Shown piece by piece: positions 1 to 12,470 of a stretch of 64,000 bases of DNA. Location of the stretch: positions 4,744 through 68,743 of the forward strand of contig JBDKFR010000068.1 in NCBI GenBank assembly GCA_039798645.1, in the 5' to 3' direction. The first letter of the stretch is position 1. Each line of letters begins with the position of its first letter. This stretch comes from Bacteroidota bacterium (GTDB lineage Bacteria; Bacteroidota; Bacteroidia; Chitinophagales; Chitinophagaceae). The notes under the pieces were generated by a model. That model saw nothing but the letters and a program-made list of their open reading frames with translations, was not told the DNA's origin and ran no database searches. The translations under genes were made by a program, and so were the position numbers.

Positions 1-853
1 TTAAATGATATTCCTTTTTTTCCAATTGTGCCGCTTGTAAGATTACTTCCACATGCTTGTTCATGCGTAAATTTTCTTCTTTAATAATAGTACTGAAATA
101 ATCAACCGATTCAGTATTGGATTTAACCTTCCCGCTTTTTAAAGCGTCAACAGCCAAGGATATCGTTGCTAAAGGTGTCTTTAACTCGTGCGTCATATTA
201 TTAATGAAATCTCTTTTAATTTCATTTAACTTTTTTTGCGTGAACAATGACTTTACGGTAATAAAGAAAGCTGCAAATACAATAAATATAAATAACACTG
301 CACCCATGATCACCCATCGCAGCGTATTTAATAAGTATAGCCTTACTTTAGGAACTAATATAATGATGGTTTCAAATGGTCCAACTGGTTCAATAATGTC
401 TTGTGGGATAACAGACACCCTGCATTCTAAATTATTTACATCGTCAATAAAGGCATCTTCAAACTTTGCACTTTTTAATTCAACATTTCCTTTTTTATCA
501 GTAACTGCAAACTCGTAATTTAAATCAGTTACGCCATACTTACTTAATGCAGCTTGAATACTTGCTTCTATTTCCTTTTCGTTATATACATCTGCGATCG
601 ACGATTCATCGAAACTATGAATATGATATTCTTGCCCTAATCCTTGTCGTCTTTTTGGAAAACGCAATGATAAACCCGTATTCATTTTTTTACTTACCTC
701 ATTGGATACAATTACTGCAGATTGATTTAACTTATCCGACAATTGGTTTTTTGACAATATCAACAACCCTTGCAGCCAAGTTATTTGTATGAATAAAATG
801 CCGACAATAGACAAAGCAATCAAAATAAATATTATCGGAAATGTCTTCTTCAT
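1..853 (-). CDS. Membrane sensor histidine kinase, RprX-like (5' part; runs off the window, not in ORF track)
   Basis: ATG at 853 gives MKKTFPIIFILIALSIVGILFIQITW (TM helix); the in-frame H-box DFINNMTHELKTPLATISLA lies at ~211-152. Confidence 0.85.
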   Translation of the reverse strand, partial: MKKTFPIIFILIALSIVGILFIQITWLQGLLILSKNQLSDKLNQSAVIVSNEVSKKMNTGLSLRFPKRRQGLGQEYHIHSFDESSIADVYNEKEIEASIQAALSKYGVTDLNYEFAVTDKKGNVELKSAKFEDAFIDDVNNLECRVSVIPQDIIEPVGPFETIIILVPKVRLYLLNTLRWVIMGAVLFIFIVFAAFFITVKSLFTQKKLNEIKRDFINNMTHELKTPLATISLAVDALKSGKVKSNTESVDYFSTIIKEENLRMNKHVEVILQAAQLEKKEYHL

Positions 854-894
854 AAAGGGCCTTGTAACAAATTAAATTTCTTATGTGAATATAT

Positions 895-930
895 AAAAAA
901 AATCCCTCGGCAGAACACCAAGGGATTTTT
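895..930 (-). terminator. Intrinsic terminator after atpC
   Basis: Minus strand AAAAATCCCTTGG-loop-CCGAGGGATTTTTTTT. Confidence 0.8.
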
Positions 931-957
931 GAATCTATAATTTTTTGTTATTATCAA

Positions 958-1203
958 CTATAAAACGCCTTCCACTAAAACTGTCGCTTTGTTGTCGAAC
1001 ACTTCTACAAAGCCTCCTTGAATTGCATATGATTCAGCAGCACTGCCTTTATGCAATACTTTTACTTTGCCGCTACCTAATGCACTCACTAATGGAGCAT
1101 GTTTATCTAACACTTCGAATAAGCCATCAATGCCTGGCAATTGAACACCTTGCACATCGCCACTGAATAATTTTTTTTCGGGTGTTAATATTTCTAATAA
1201 CAT
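958..1203 (-). CDS. atpC: F1 ATP synthase epsilon subunit (short Bacteroidota form)
   Basis: LEILTPEK, LPG..G.FEVL..HAP, GGFVEV motifs; directly after atpD. Confidence 0.95.
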   Translation of the reverse strand: MLLEILTPEKKLFSGDVQGVQLPGIDGLFEVLDKHAPLVSALGSGKVKVLHKGSAAESYAIQGGFVEVFDNKATVLVEGVL

Positions 1204-1221
1204 GATTTCGTTTTAATTAAA

Positions 1222-2751
<1,530 letters not shown>

Positions 2752-2754
2752 TCA

Positions 2755-3465
2755 TTATTGCAAAAATTGTAGGTATACAATTGCGGCTAAAATTCCACCA
2801 ATTATTGGTCCTAGGACTGGAATTAGGGCGTAACCCCAATCACTGGACCCTTTTCCCTTCATTGGAAGCACAAAATGCATGATTCTAGGCCCCAAATCCC
2901 TGGCAGGATTAATGGCCCAACCTGTAGGTCCGCCTATGCCAAACCCAATTCCTGCAACTAAAAGTGACACCGGCATGGCCGACATGGCCCCCATTTCAAT
3001 ACCTGCAGGTTTTATAAATAATATCCCTAATAAAAAAACAAATGTCGCAAGGGTTTCGACGAGTATATTTTGCTTCAGGTCTCTTATAGAAGGGCCAGTT
3101 GCAAAACAAGCCAACTGATCACCCGGATTACTAGCTTCATTAAATTGCGGACGGTATACTACCCAAACCACGAAAGCGCCCAACATAGCGCCTAAAATTT
3201 GTGCTAATATATAAGATGGAACTAAGCTCCAGCTAAATTTGCCTGCTGTCGCTAATGCTATAGTAACGGCTGGATTTAAATGTCCACCACTTGATGGGGT
3301 AGTAATATAAACACCTACAAATACGGCAATCATCCAACCTAATACAATGGAAACTAAGCCTCCATTATTTCCTTTGGTATTGGGTAAAACCACATTGGCA
3401 ACCACGCCATTCCCAATAATAATTACAATGGCTGTTCCAAGTATTTCAGCTAAAAATGGTGTCAT
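2755..3465 (-). CDS. glpF: Glycerol uptake facilitator (MIP/aquaglyceroporin)
   Basis: SGGHLNPAVT and INPARDLGPR NPA motifs; follows glpK; start at MTPF. Confidence 0.93.
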   Translation of the reverse strand: MTPFLAEILGTAIVIIIGNGVVANVVLPNTKGNNGGLVSIVLGWMIAVFVGVYITTPSSGGHLNPAVTIALATAGKFSWSLVPSYILAQILGAMLGAFVVWVVYRPQFNEASNPGDQLACFATGPSIRDLKQNILVETLATFVFLLGILFIKPAGIEMGAMSAMPVSLLVAGIGFGIGGPTGWAINPARDLGPRIMHFVLPMKGKGSSDWGYALIPVLGPIIGGILAAIVYLQFLQ

Positions 3466-3533
3466 CTTTTTTCGATTTAGGCGCAACAAATAGTTGCCGT
3501 TATGAATTAATAAATGAATTTCAAGTTATTTGT

Positions 3534-5018
3534 TTACCAATTATTGGTTGCTTTTATGGCACGTTCCCAACCCTGTATTTTTTCTGCCCTATTGGCTTCA
3601 TTCTCCACTGGCTCAAATACATGATCTATTTCCCATTTCATTCTTAGCTCTTCAATATCCTTCCAAAAACCAACGGCAAGTCCCGCTAAATATGCTGCAC
3701 CTAAAGCCGTAGTTTCAACCATGGTTGGACGAACCACTTTAGTATTTACAATATCAGACTGAAATTGCATTAACATATTATTATTGGTGGCACCACCATC
3801 CACTCTCAATTCTGCAATAGGTATGCCTGCATCGGCTTCCATTGCTTTTAATAAATCATAGCTTTGAAATGCAATACTTTCCAATGCTGCGCGCGCGATA
3901 TGCGCAGCTGAAGTTCCCCTTGTAATTCCAACAATTGTTCCTCTTGCATGTTGGTTCCAATAAGGTGCACCTAAGCCGGCAAATGCAGGAACTAAATATA
4001 CACCGTCGGTACTTTCAACCTGGCTTGCCAATGCTTCTACTTCGGAGGATTGTCTTATTAAATGTAAACCATCTCTTAACCATTGTACAACTGCTCCACC
4101 AATAAATACACTACCTTCTAAAGCATAGTAAGTATGTCCATTCATTTGTAAAGCAATGGTCGTTAATAAATTATTTTTTGAACTCACTGCTTTTTCTCCG
4201 GTATGCATTAACATAAAACATCCTGTACCATATGTATTTTTAACCATACCAGGTGCCGTGCACATTTGACCAAATAAAGCTGCTTGTTGATCTCCTGCAA
4301 TCCCTGCAATTGGAATTTCTTGATTAGTAAATATTTGATTGGTATACCCATAAATTTCGCTGCTACTTTTTACAATAGGTAAAACAGAAACAGGTATATC
4401 CAATAATGCTAAAAGTTCGGTATCCCATTGTAAGGTATGTATATTAAATAGCATAGTTCTTGATGCATTAGTTGCATCTGTTACATGCACTTTCCCATTG
4501 GTTAATTTCCATACCAGCCAAGTATCAATGGTTCCAAAACACAACTCCCCTTTTGAGGCTAAATCTCTTGCACCTTCAACATGATCTAAAATCCATTTTA
4601 ATTTTGTTCCGGAAAAATAGGCATCAATGACTAATCCTGTTTTTGATTGTATTTGCGCCGCTTTTCCTTGCGCTTTGAGTTCATCACAATAATCTGCAGT
4701 ACGCCGGTCTTGCCATACAATAGCATTGTAAATTGGCAAACCCGTTTTATTATTCCATACAACAGTAGTCTCTCTTTGATTGGTAATACCTATCGCAGCA
4801 ATATCAGATAATAATATATTTTGTTTACTTACAGCTTCACTTGCCACGCCCAATTGCGTACTCCATATTTCCATAGCATCATGTTCCACCCAACCTGGTT
4901 GTGGAAAATGTTGCGTAAACTCTTTTTGAGCAATTCCTTGGATTTGACCTTTATGGTCAAATAAAATAGCGCGACTACTAGTTGTACCCTGATCAAAGGA
5001 TAAAATAAATTTAGACAT
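3534..5018 (-). CDS. glpK: Glycerol kinase
   Basis: [32 protein letters not shown]. Confidence 0.97.
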   Translation of the reverse strand: MSKFILSFDQGTTSSRAILFDHKGQIQGIAQKEFTQHFPQPGWVEHDAMEIWSTQLGVASEAVSKQNILLSDIAAIGITNQRETTVVWNNKTGLPIYNAIVWQDRRTADYCDELKAQGKAAQIQSKTGLVIDAYFSGTKLKWILDHVEGARDLASKGELCFGTIDTWLVWKLTNGKVHVTDATNASRTMLFNIHTLQWDTELLALLDIPVSVLPIVKSSSEIYGYTNQIFTNQEIPIAGIAGDQQAALFGQMCTAPGMVKNTYGTGCFMLMHTGEKAVSSKNNLLTTIALQMNGHTYYALEGSVFIGGAVVQWLRDGLHLIRQSSEVEALASQVESTDGVYLVPAFAGLGAPYWNQHARGTIVGITRGTSAAHIARAALESIAFQSYDLLKAMEADAGIPIAELRVDGGATNNNMLMQFQSDIVNTKVVRPTMVETTALGAAYLAGLAVGFWKDIEELRMKWEIDHVFEPVENEANRAEKIQGWERAIKATNNW

Positions 5019-5060
5019 TACAATCGTTTATAGAATTGTAATTTATAAAAAAAAAGGTAA

Positions 5061-6407
5061 TTATCTTCTATTCTTTAGCCAATTTTCAGGATCAATGGAC
5101 TTACCTTCTTTGCTTAAAACAAAAAGTAACGAACCCTCACCTTCTAAATTGATCCCTGACCTTCCTAATACGGTGCCTGCTTTTACTTCCTGGCCAACCG
5201 AAACATTAATACTACTTAAATGGGTAGACATGGTAAAATATTTTCCATGTTGTAAGATAACCGTGAGGTCGCCATTAATATCACCAGTATATTTAACAAC
5301 ACCATTTGCTACGCTTTTTACAGACGAACCTTTTGGAACTGCTATTTCAATACCATCACTATTTCGATTCAATTTAGTTCCAGGAATATTTTCAACACCA
5401 AAATGTACAAATACATTTCCCCTATCTACTGGCCAAGGTAATGCGCCTTTGCTATTTTCAATTGATATAGATGCTTCTCTTCCTTCTTCCGTGGTTTCTA
5501 ATGCAGAATAAGGTCTGTCTCCAGCTGTTCTAGTTAATCCACCTTCAACATCACCAACTTTGCTTCCACCTTTTGTAGTTGATTTATTATTTGATGCATC
5601 CAATTTATTTTTAGCCCCGGCTTCATTACTGGCTTTTAATTTCGCAAGTCTTTCCTTTTCCTTTTTTTCTGCCTCTAAGGTTTCTCTTCTAATAATGGTC
5701 ATCAAGGCGGATTGCATTTTTCTTCGTTGTGCTTCTTTTTGCCTTAATTGAGCCGTTACTTCTTGTTCCTTGCCTTTTAATTGCTTGATAATTTTATCTT
5801 GCTCTTTACGATCATCCACCAACACTTTTAATTGCTCATTTTGAACACCTAAAATTTGTAAACGACTTTTTTTATTGGTTCCTAATTGACCAATTTTTTG
5901 GTTCAAGTCCTTTTGCGATAAGTCAATAGCTGCTGCTTGTGCTTCTCTATTTTGTCTGTAACTTTTTAAATAAGTAATTCGCTTGACAGCATCATTAAAA
6001 CTAGATGCAGAAAATAAAAAATTAAGATACTCGTAACCACTTCTACTTTTATATGCAAATACAATACTTTTCTCGTACTTACTTTTCAATGTATCCAAAT
6101 CCTTATTTAATTTTGAAACGTCTTGCTGATTGGCAAATATGGCAGCATCAATTAATTTCACTTGTTTCCCAATACTATTCACCAACGCTTCCCTTTTTGC
6201 AATTTTACTTTTAATAACCGCCATTTGCGCAAGCGTACTTTTTTTATTTCTTTGGATTTGATCCTTTAAGCGATTTAATTCGTCTAACTCTTTCCTCAAA
6301 GTCTGCTCTTGCTTTTGCAGTTCTTCTCTTGTTGCATTAGTTTGCGCATAAGGTTGCATCCAAAATGCCAATATTAAAATAAATGAAATCGCAATCTTCT
6401 TTGTCAT
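5061..6407 (-). CDS. EnvC-like murein hydrolase activator (coiled coil + degenerate M23 domain)
   Basis: Signal peptide, long coiled coil, LPWPV...GIEI...HG.Y.T...HL...IDPENWL; lacks canonical M23 HxxxD/HxH zinc ligands. Confidence 0.85.
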   Translation of the reverse strand: MTKKIAISFILILAFWMQPYAQTNATREELQKQEQTLRKELDELNRLKDQIQRNKKSTLAQMAVIKSKIAKREALVNSIGKQVKLIDAAIFANQQDVSKLNKDLDTLKSKYEKSIVFAYKSRSGYEYLNFLFSASSFNDAVKRITYLKSYRQNREAQAAAIDLSQKDLNQKIGQLGTNKKSRLQILGVQNEQLKVLVDDRKEQDKIIKQLKGKEQEVTAQLRQKEAQRRKMQSALMTIIRRETLEAEKKEKERLAKLKASNEAGAKNKLDASNNKSTTKGGSKVGDVEGGLTRTAGDRPYSALETTEEGREASISIENSKGALPWPVDRGNVFVHFGVENIPGTKLNRNSDGIEIAVPKGSSVKSVANGVVKYTGDINGDLTVILQHGKYFTMSTHLSSINVSVGQEVKAGTVLGRSGINLEGEGSLLFVLSKEGKSIDPENWLKNRR

Positions 6408-6426
6408 AATTAATTATTTCCAATAT

Positions 6427-7251
6427 CTATTTTCGCTTACCCTGTTTTGGAATTACAAAGGTATATTTTAAAGGATCATCAAATGTATAGTCTTTCACTT
6501 CCATATGAATTTCAATGCGCGATTGAGAAGAAATAGCTATATCCCTACTCATCGAAAATTGATTTTGAATGGTTGCAACATGATCAGAATATGAAATGTC
6601 ACATGTTCTATTTTGATTTACATTAATATCATCCAATTTCAAATGGAGCACTTTACTATTGTCTTCACTCAGCGTAATTAAATTTTTAAATAATTTACCA
6701 GCCATGCTAACCTGAAGCTTACTATTATTCACTTTATAGTTTACAATATCTGAATTTTCTACAAAAATGGGATTTCCAACAATCAAGTCTTCCAAAATAG
6801 TATAGGTTATTGGAATTTTAAATATTTCTTGAAGATAAGACAATGGTCGTTTTTCAACTTTTTTGCTCAAGGGATAATAAATCAACACACTATCATTTGT
6901 AATTTTTGCTTTGAGCCCTATGACACCCATAGCACCTCGCGCTGTAATGTAAATTACCTTTCCCTTTTCAATACTAATATTGGTAATAAATGCATCCGAC
7001 CTATCAAGCGTTTGATAGTCGACTTTAATATGTGCATTCATGGTATTAAAAGATAATTTAGTTGAAGTTATTTTTTCAACTATATCTTTTACAATTAAGC
7101 CCGAATCAACCTTTGTTTTTTCAGCATTTAATAGCGCATTGATGGAATCTCTTTTAGATAAAGCGTCTTGAATCACTTGCACTTTTCGGGAAGTTGCACA
7201 GGAACTAAGTAAAAGAATAACTATCGAGAATTGCGCTAATTTTTTTTTCAT
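6427..7251 (-). CDS. DUF4292-family lipoprotein
   Basis: LSSC lipobox; usual position between dut and envC in Bacteroidota. Confidence 0.75.
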   Translation of the reverse strand: MKKKLAQFSIVILLLSSCATSRKVQVIQDALSKRDSINALLNAEKTKVDSGLIVKDIVEKITSTKLSFNTMNAHIKVDYQTLDRSDAFITNISIEKGKVIYITARGAMGVIGLKAKITNDSVLIYYPLSKKVEKRPLSYLQEIFKIPITYTILEDLIVGNPIFVENSDIVNYKVNNSKLQVSMAGKLFKNLITLSEDNSKVLHLKLDDINVNQNRTCDISYSDHVATIQNQFSMSRDIAISSQSRIEIHMEVKDYTFDDPLKYTFVIPKQGKRK

Positions 7252-7263
7252 TAATAGTTTTAT

Positions 7264-7704
7264 TTATTGTTTCCCCGTGTGACCAAATCCGCCATCACCT
7301 CGTTGAGTGGTATCTAAATTTTCTACTAAATTCCAATTCGCTTTCTCAACAGCTTGAAAAACCATTTGTGCAATTCTATCCCCATCAGCAATCACTTGCT
7401 CGGTATTTGAAAGATTTATAAGAATCACTTTAATTTCTCCCCTGTAGTCGGCATCAATGGTACCAGGTGTATTTAAACAAGTAATACCTTGTTTAATAGC
7501 AAGCCCACTTCTTGGTCTAATTTGAACTTCAAGATGCTCAGGAATTGAAAGATATAAACCTGTTGGTATTAAACTGCGTTCAAAAGGTTGTAAAACAATT
7601 GGCTTATCAATAAAGGCCCTAATATCCATTCCAGATGACCCAATTGTTGCATAACTGGGCAGTGGATGATGGCTTTTATTTACAATTTGAACGGTTATTG
7701 ACAT
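7264..7704 (-). CDS. dut: dUTP diphosphatase
   Basis: [34 protein letters not shown]; ATG at 7704 sits just after a TACTTTTG element (7711-7718). Confidence 0.97.
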   Translation of the reverse strand: MSITVQIVNKSHHPLPSYATIGSSGMDIRAFIDKPIVLQPFERSLIPTGLYLSIPEHLEVQIRPRSGLAIKQGITCLNTPGTIDADYRGEIKVILINLSNTEQVIADGDRIAQMVFQAVEKANWNLVENLDTTQRGDGGFGHTGKQ

Positions 7705-7769
7705 GGTCAACAAAAGTAATCAAAACTAGGTAAATTTCGCCCTTGATTAAATATTTAACAAACTACACA

Positions 7770-8903
7770 TTAAAAGAAGAATACACTACCAAATCGGAGT
7801 GTATTTGAAAGTGGATTTTTTGTAATTCCACCGCCTGAAGGAACTAAATAACTAATATTGAACTTAGATTGAGCGTATTGAAAACTAGTTCCTAAGGTAA
7901 AATATTGCATATTCCCAAGGCTCTTATTGTTATCCATAAAATAACCACCTCTTAGATAAAAACGATTGGTATAGTTGTATTCAATACCAACAGAAGCTTT
8001 TAATGACTCAGAGAATGGCATTCCGTATTTTGCTGAAAAAGAATTAAAATAACTATTAATTACAGATTGGGTAAAATAATGATTAACAGATTCTGGGTCC
8101 GAATTATCAGGACTTGCTGGAACCATTAATCTATTGACATCGATCCCGAATTCAATTGAATTATCAGCGTCAATTTTATTTAAATACCCCAAACCCAAGC
8201 CAATGTTGGCAGGAATATAATACTTGTTTTTTGTTTCATTGGAGTAACTGATTTTACCCCCCATGTTGGATAAAAGTAGTCCAGCGTGAAACCCATTTAA
8301 ATTCGGGTTTTGTTTATAAAAAAAAGAGATGTCAGCGGATGCAGTATTTCCAGCCTTATACTCAACAGCACTAGCTCCAAATGCGCCCTTCACCAATCTA
8401 GAATGAATATACCTTAAGGTCGCACCAATACTTAATTTATCATTTAATAATAAACTATAACCAAAATCATAACTAAACTCGGAAGGTCGTTGAGAAGGAA
8501 GTGTTGTTAAACCAGACTCATCGGTAAAATCAATATTACCTAAACTAAAAAAACGTAAGGAGGTATTGATGGCACTTTGTTCATTTAAGATTTTATAAAA
8601 ACCTGCACTCGCTAAATAAACATCATTTAAACCCAAGTCCTTTAACCAAGGAGTATAATTAATTAAAAACCCTTTAGGTTCAGTTAAATAAGGAAGCTTA
8701 GCTGTGTTACCAAATAAATCATTTGCTTCAGGCGACATACCTAAGGACAAGTTGCCCATTCCTCCAGATCTTGCATCAGGAGAAATCATCATGAATGGAA
8801 CTGCCGTACTCTGTAATTTGATAGAAGTTTGTGCATTCGCATTGCTAAGCAAAAGCATAGAAAGAAACAAGAAAGAAAGAGATAACGACTTATTTAAATG
8901 CAT
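7770..8903 (-). CDS. porV: T9SS outer-membrane shuttle PorV
   Basis: TAVPF..ISPDAR.GGMG, YTPWL, NPLSNTLRF, terminal Phe; follows porU. Confidence 0.92.
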   Translation of the reverse strand: MHLNKSLSLSFLFLSMLLLSNANAQTSIKLQSTAVPFMMISPDARSGGMGNLSLGMSPEANDLFGNTAKLPYLTEPKGFLINYTPWLKDLGLNDVYLASAGFYKILNEQSAINTSLRFFSLGNIDFTDESGLTTLPSQRPSEFSYDFGYSLLLNDKLSIGATLRYIHSRLVKGAFGASAVEYKAGNTASADISFFYKQNPNLNGFHAGLLLSNMGGKISYSNETKNKYYIPANIGLGLGYLNKIDADNSIEFGIDVNRLMVPASPDNSDPESVNHYFTQSVINSYFNSFSAKYGMPFSESLKASVGIEYNYTNRFYLRGGYFMDNNKSLGNMQYFTLGTSFQYAQSKFNISYLVPSGGGITKNPLSNTLRFGSVFFF

Positions 8904-8951
8904 GTAATTGCTTTAATATTTGTTATAAAGATACAAAAATGACGCAGTAAT

Positions 8952-11900
8952 TTATAATTTAATAAATGAATTTGAAATACTTGCCGTTGAATTTGCTGAC
9001 TTAATTATAAACCTATAATAATACAAGCCAGGTTTCAAATTAGCTCCTGCATTAGTAACCCCATTCCAGTCTACAAATATTCTATTTTCAGTGTTTACAA
9101 ATTGATTATTATTAGCATATAGTAATTTCCCCGAAGGGTCAAGTACCTCAAATTGCACCTCTATCAATGCTCCTATTAGATTTGTTTCTATACTAAATCT
9201 TGATTTAGTATAGAAAGGATTAGGATAATTTATAGGGTTCATTATTTGTAAATTATTCGACTTGGGAACCTCAAAAAATAAAGTATCCGCATTACTGTTG
9301 CCTAATAAATCCCATGCCTTTATGATACATTTATGTTGACCTTCTTTTAAGGTTGGGAGGAAAAAACTAAGCTTACCGGATTGATAGGTGTTAATATTGG
9401 TGCTAAAATAATTGTTTAAAATCATTGGAATTGGATCATCGTCTAACCATAAAGCCAAATCATGGCCAAGCGCATTTCCCGAAGCTTGAATACCTGAACT
9501 ATCATTTAAATTGACAAATAATTTTGAATTTGGCATAACCCAACCACCTTGTTTAAATAACGGGTCATTTAAATATGCTTGAATTTTAGGACCAATCGTA
9601 TCCTTTATATCAACAACACCATTTGACTTTGAATAAATAGAATCTACAATCTTTAAAGCAGACTCATTCCCGCCATTAGCTGCCAACTCAATTCGAATTG
9701 GACTTGATGCATTTGAAAGTTGCGATGGTAAAATAAAATCAATTTTAAAATTGCCATTTAATACTGTTGCTTTGCCCTTGAATAATATATTTTCCTGCAT
9801 AGCAATGGGTACTGAAATGCTACTTGACTGATTAGCTAAGGTGTTTTTATTTTTAACCGCATCATAAACAATTAAATTCACTTCCCCGTTAAATCCTGCT
9901 TTTAGTTGACCGTTTTTTTGAATGCTACCAACCAATTTATTAACCTTGCCTGAAAGCAATGTATCATGCCCATTAAAGGGTTTTTCATTTAATAGCTGAA
10001 TCACCAAGTCATTATCAGGCATGTTTAATAACATTCCAGGATCACCCATCAAATTGAATTTTAAATCATTTAGCCTATCACCATTATTCGACCAATTTGA
10101 CAACTTGGCTTTTTGCAAAGCTTCTCCAATTGTGTTATACGTGCCTAAGGAATTTTTTACTAGTAGTTGTTGAATGAATAAATCATTTATTTGTTTATTA
10201 CTAAATGCAAATACCAATCTGTTGGCCGCAACTAACCCAATAATACCTTCGCTATTTTTCATAAAAGCGTCCCAAGCAATTGAATTTAATCCAGGTTGAT
10301 CATATGGCGTAAAATTACAAGACGCGGTGATCATCAATGGAAGCTTATTGGCATTTTTCCATAAATCAAATTGCGATTGCGAAATCACCGCTTCCTCTGA
10401 AAGTCTTAAATAATTTCCATGACCTGTGTAATTTAAAACCAATGATCCATCTTGTATTGCTTGTTGTATTGCATTAAAGGCCAGTGGGAAAGTGTTGCCA
10501 GCACTAGCATTTTCAGCTGGAAATAAATCCAAATATATTTTATTATGATTCCAGTGAGGTGCTTTTGATTGCAAATGACCCACAATCGATTCTGCATCTT
10601 GCAAGTGTAAGTTATAATCGCCATCATCAGCTACCCACGTAATTTTATTTTCCCAAGACCCCCCTATTTTAAGCGTTTGGTAATTTATTAATTTTTTAAT
10701 TGCAGTATCTGCTTCCGCTACTGTTCTAGCCGGAATCCGACCTACGCTTAATGATAAATTTTGTAATTTATTGTAATCATTAATATCATCTCCTTCTTTT
10801 AAAATAGAAAAGAAATCATCCGATGTAAAGCTTGAAAGTATCGCATTTGAATTATTGCTTTCATAAACGGGCAATTCAAAATCAAGATTTAATTTTTTAG
10901 CATTATAGTTGCCTATGCCCAACATTAATAAATATTTTGGAGTCGAAACTTTATTTTGGTTAGCAAGATTAAATAAATGTTTTAAGCAATTTCTAATGGC
11001 AACCGCACTTGATTGCCCTCCAGCAAAATCATTATAAATTTCTCTAGCATTTAAAACAATTGTTTTTCTACCAAAGCGTTCCTTTTGAAATTGTTGATAA
11101 GTCAAAGCGGCTTTCAAATAAGCTGGTGCCGAAATAATTACATAATCAACGGCTTCGTTATAATTTAAGGTGTTTTGATTAACCACCGGTCCCAATAAAG
11201 TTGGCACTTCAAATGAATTTTGCTTTACTGCAAAAAAGTTTGCATTTCCTGAGTTGCTATTAATAAATCGTCCAGATTGAGCACTCACTGTTTGCCATTG
11301 AATTTGGGTAGGATTTTCCGTATTCGTTACATTCCAAATCAGACTCGAACTATCAATATTTTGAATGGTACAATCCACAAAACCACCTTGTTCAAATTCA
11401 TCATCTATGCTAAAATAAATCGTACTATCCTGCCAAAATCCAATTTGCTTTTTTAATAATAATTCAACGTAATCGATCCATCCTGTTGAAGTTGTATTGG
11501 GGTTGTTATAAACTATTTTTAACGAATTATTTCCGGACAATAAATTATTGGAATTTAGCGTAAAGCTGTCCAGTTTTACGGAAGCAATTTCATCAAAAAG
11601 TAAACCTGAAACGGTTGGCAAATTTGAACTGTGAACCGAAGAATTGTTTACATTAAAATCAAATTGACCATTTACTTGATAACTAGTTGACGCCATGCTT
11701 ACATAGCTTTTCAACTTACTATTACTAGTTATTCCTTGTGCATTAAAAGTATAATTTAGTTGTGATTGTTTCCCCACTCCTTGCCCCAATGGAAGACCAA
11801 ATAATACTTTACCACTATTTAATAGGGACACACTATCCTTTTCAAATAAAATATGTTGCGTAAACTCGGTTCTAGGCTTACTCGCATTTACTTGCAAATT

Positions 11901-12356
11901 TTGTAAATCAATTCTTTTCCCATTTTGACCAATTGTAATAAAATAATATACCGAGTCCCCTGTAGCAAAATTTTGATGCGCTACTCGATTTAGTATACTA
12001 TCAAATTTCCAGTAAGTGGGTCCTTGATTATAAAATAATAGGTAATCGGCGGCGTCCATTTGACCATCACCGCCATCCATCATTTTAATGGCGTTTTCTG
12101 AAAGTCCAGAATTTGTGGATGCATTTACTTTTTCAGTTAATGAACTCAAATTGTAGCCAAACAACTTAAGCTGGCTAGAAACGATTGGTAAGGTAAAGCC
12201 CAATTTCGCTAATTGCGCCCCTGTTAATTTGTATATCCCCTGTTTAGACGTGCTAATTTTAGCCCATTTCCCAGTTGCCAATGGGCTGTTTTGGCCCTTG
12301 CAAATGGTAAAAAAGCCTAAAAAAAGGGCAAAAAATATAATTTTGGGGCTATTCAT
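8952..12356 (-). CDS. porU: T9SS sortase PorU (C25 gingipain-like)
   Basis: LATGKWAKI..GIYKL, IYNDF.GG, GRIP, NYTGHG (His), TASC (Cys), NYPNPF C-terminal domain. Confidence 0.92.
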   Translation of the reverse strand: MNSPKIIFFALFLGFFTICKGQNSPLATGKWAKISTSKQGIYKLTGAQLAKLGFTLPIVSSQLKLFGYNLSSLTEKVNASTNSGLSENAIKMMDGGDGQMDAADYLLFYNQGPTYWKFDSILNRVAHQNFATGDSVYYFITIGQNGKRIDLQNLQVNASKPRTEFTQHILFEKDSVSLLNSGKVLFGLPLGQGVGKQSQLNYTFNAQGITSNSKLKSYVSMASTSYQVNGQFDFNVNNSSVHSSNLPTVSGLLFDEIASVKLDSFTLNSNNLLSGNNSLKIVYNNPNTTSTGWIDYVELLLKKQIGFWQDSTIYFSIDDEFEQGGFVDCTIQNIDSSSLIWNVTNTENPTQIQWQTVSAQSGRFINSNSGNANFFAVKQNSFEVPTLLGPVVNQNTLNYNEAVDYVIISAPAYLKAALTYQQFQKERFGRKTIVLNAREIYNDFAGGQSSAVAIRNCLKHLFNLANQNKVSTPKYLLMLGIGNYNAKKLNLDFELPVYESNNSNAILSSFTSDDFFSILKEGDDINDYNKLQNLSLSVGRIPARTVAEADTAIKKLINYQTLKIGGSWENKITWVADDGDYNLHLQDAESIVGHLQSKAPHWNHNKIYLDLFPAENASAGNTFPLAFNAIQQAIQDGSLVLNYTGHGNYLRLSEEAVISQSQFDLWKNANKLPLMITASCNFTPYDQPGLNSIAWDAFMKNSEGIIGLVAANRLVFAFSNKQINDLFIQQLLVKNSLGTYNTIGEALQKAKLSNWSNNGDRLNDLKFNLMGDPGMLLNMPDNDLVIQLLNEKPFNGHDTLLSGKVNKLVGSIQKNGQLKAGFNGEVNLIVYDAVKNKNTLANQSSSISVPIAMQENILFKGKATVLNGNFKIDFILPSQLSNASSPIRIELAANGGNESALKIVDSIYSKSNGVVDIKDTIGPKIQAYLNDPLFKQGGWVMPNSKLFVNLNDSSGIQASGNALGHDLALWLDDDPIPMILNNYFSTNINTYQSGKLSFFLPTLKEGQHKCIIKAWDLLGNSNADTLFFEVPKSNNLQIMNPINYPNPFYTKSRFSIETNLIGALIEVQFEVLDPSGKLLYANNNQFVNTENRIFVDWNGVTNAGANLKPGLYYYRFIIKSANSTASISNSFIKL

Positions 12357-12470
12357 CGCCTAAAATTAGGATTTTAGTAACATAAGATTGTGGTATTCTG
12401 ATGATTAAATAAGTAAAAAACGAACTATCTTCGCTGAAGCATTAAACTTGAATTTGAATAAATTATTTAT

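Noticed and set aside
117-792. Plus-strand ORFs 117-518 and 547-792
   Set aside because: Antisense shadows of the minus-strand histidine kinase. The same applies to the many short ORFs nested in housekeeping genes across the window.
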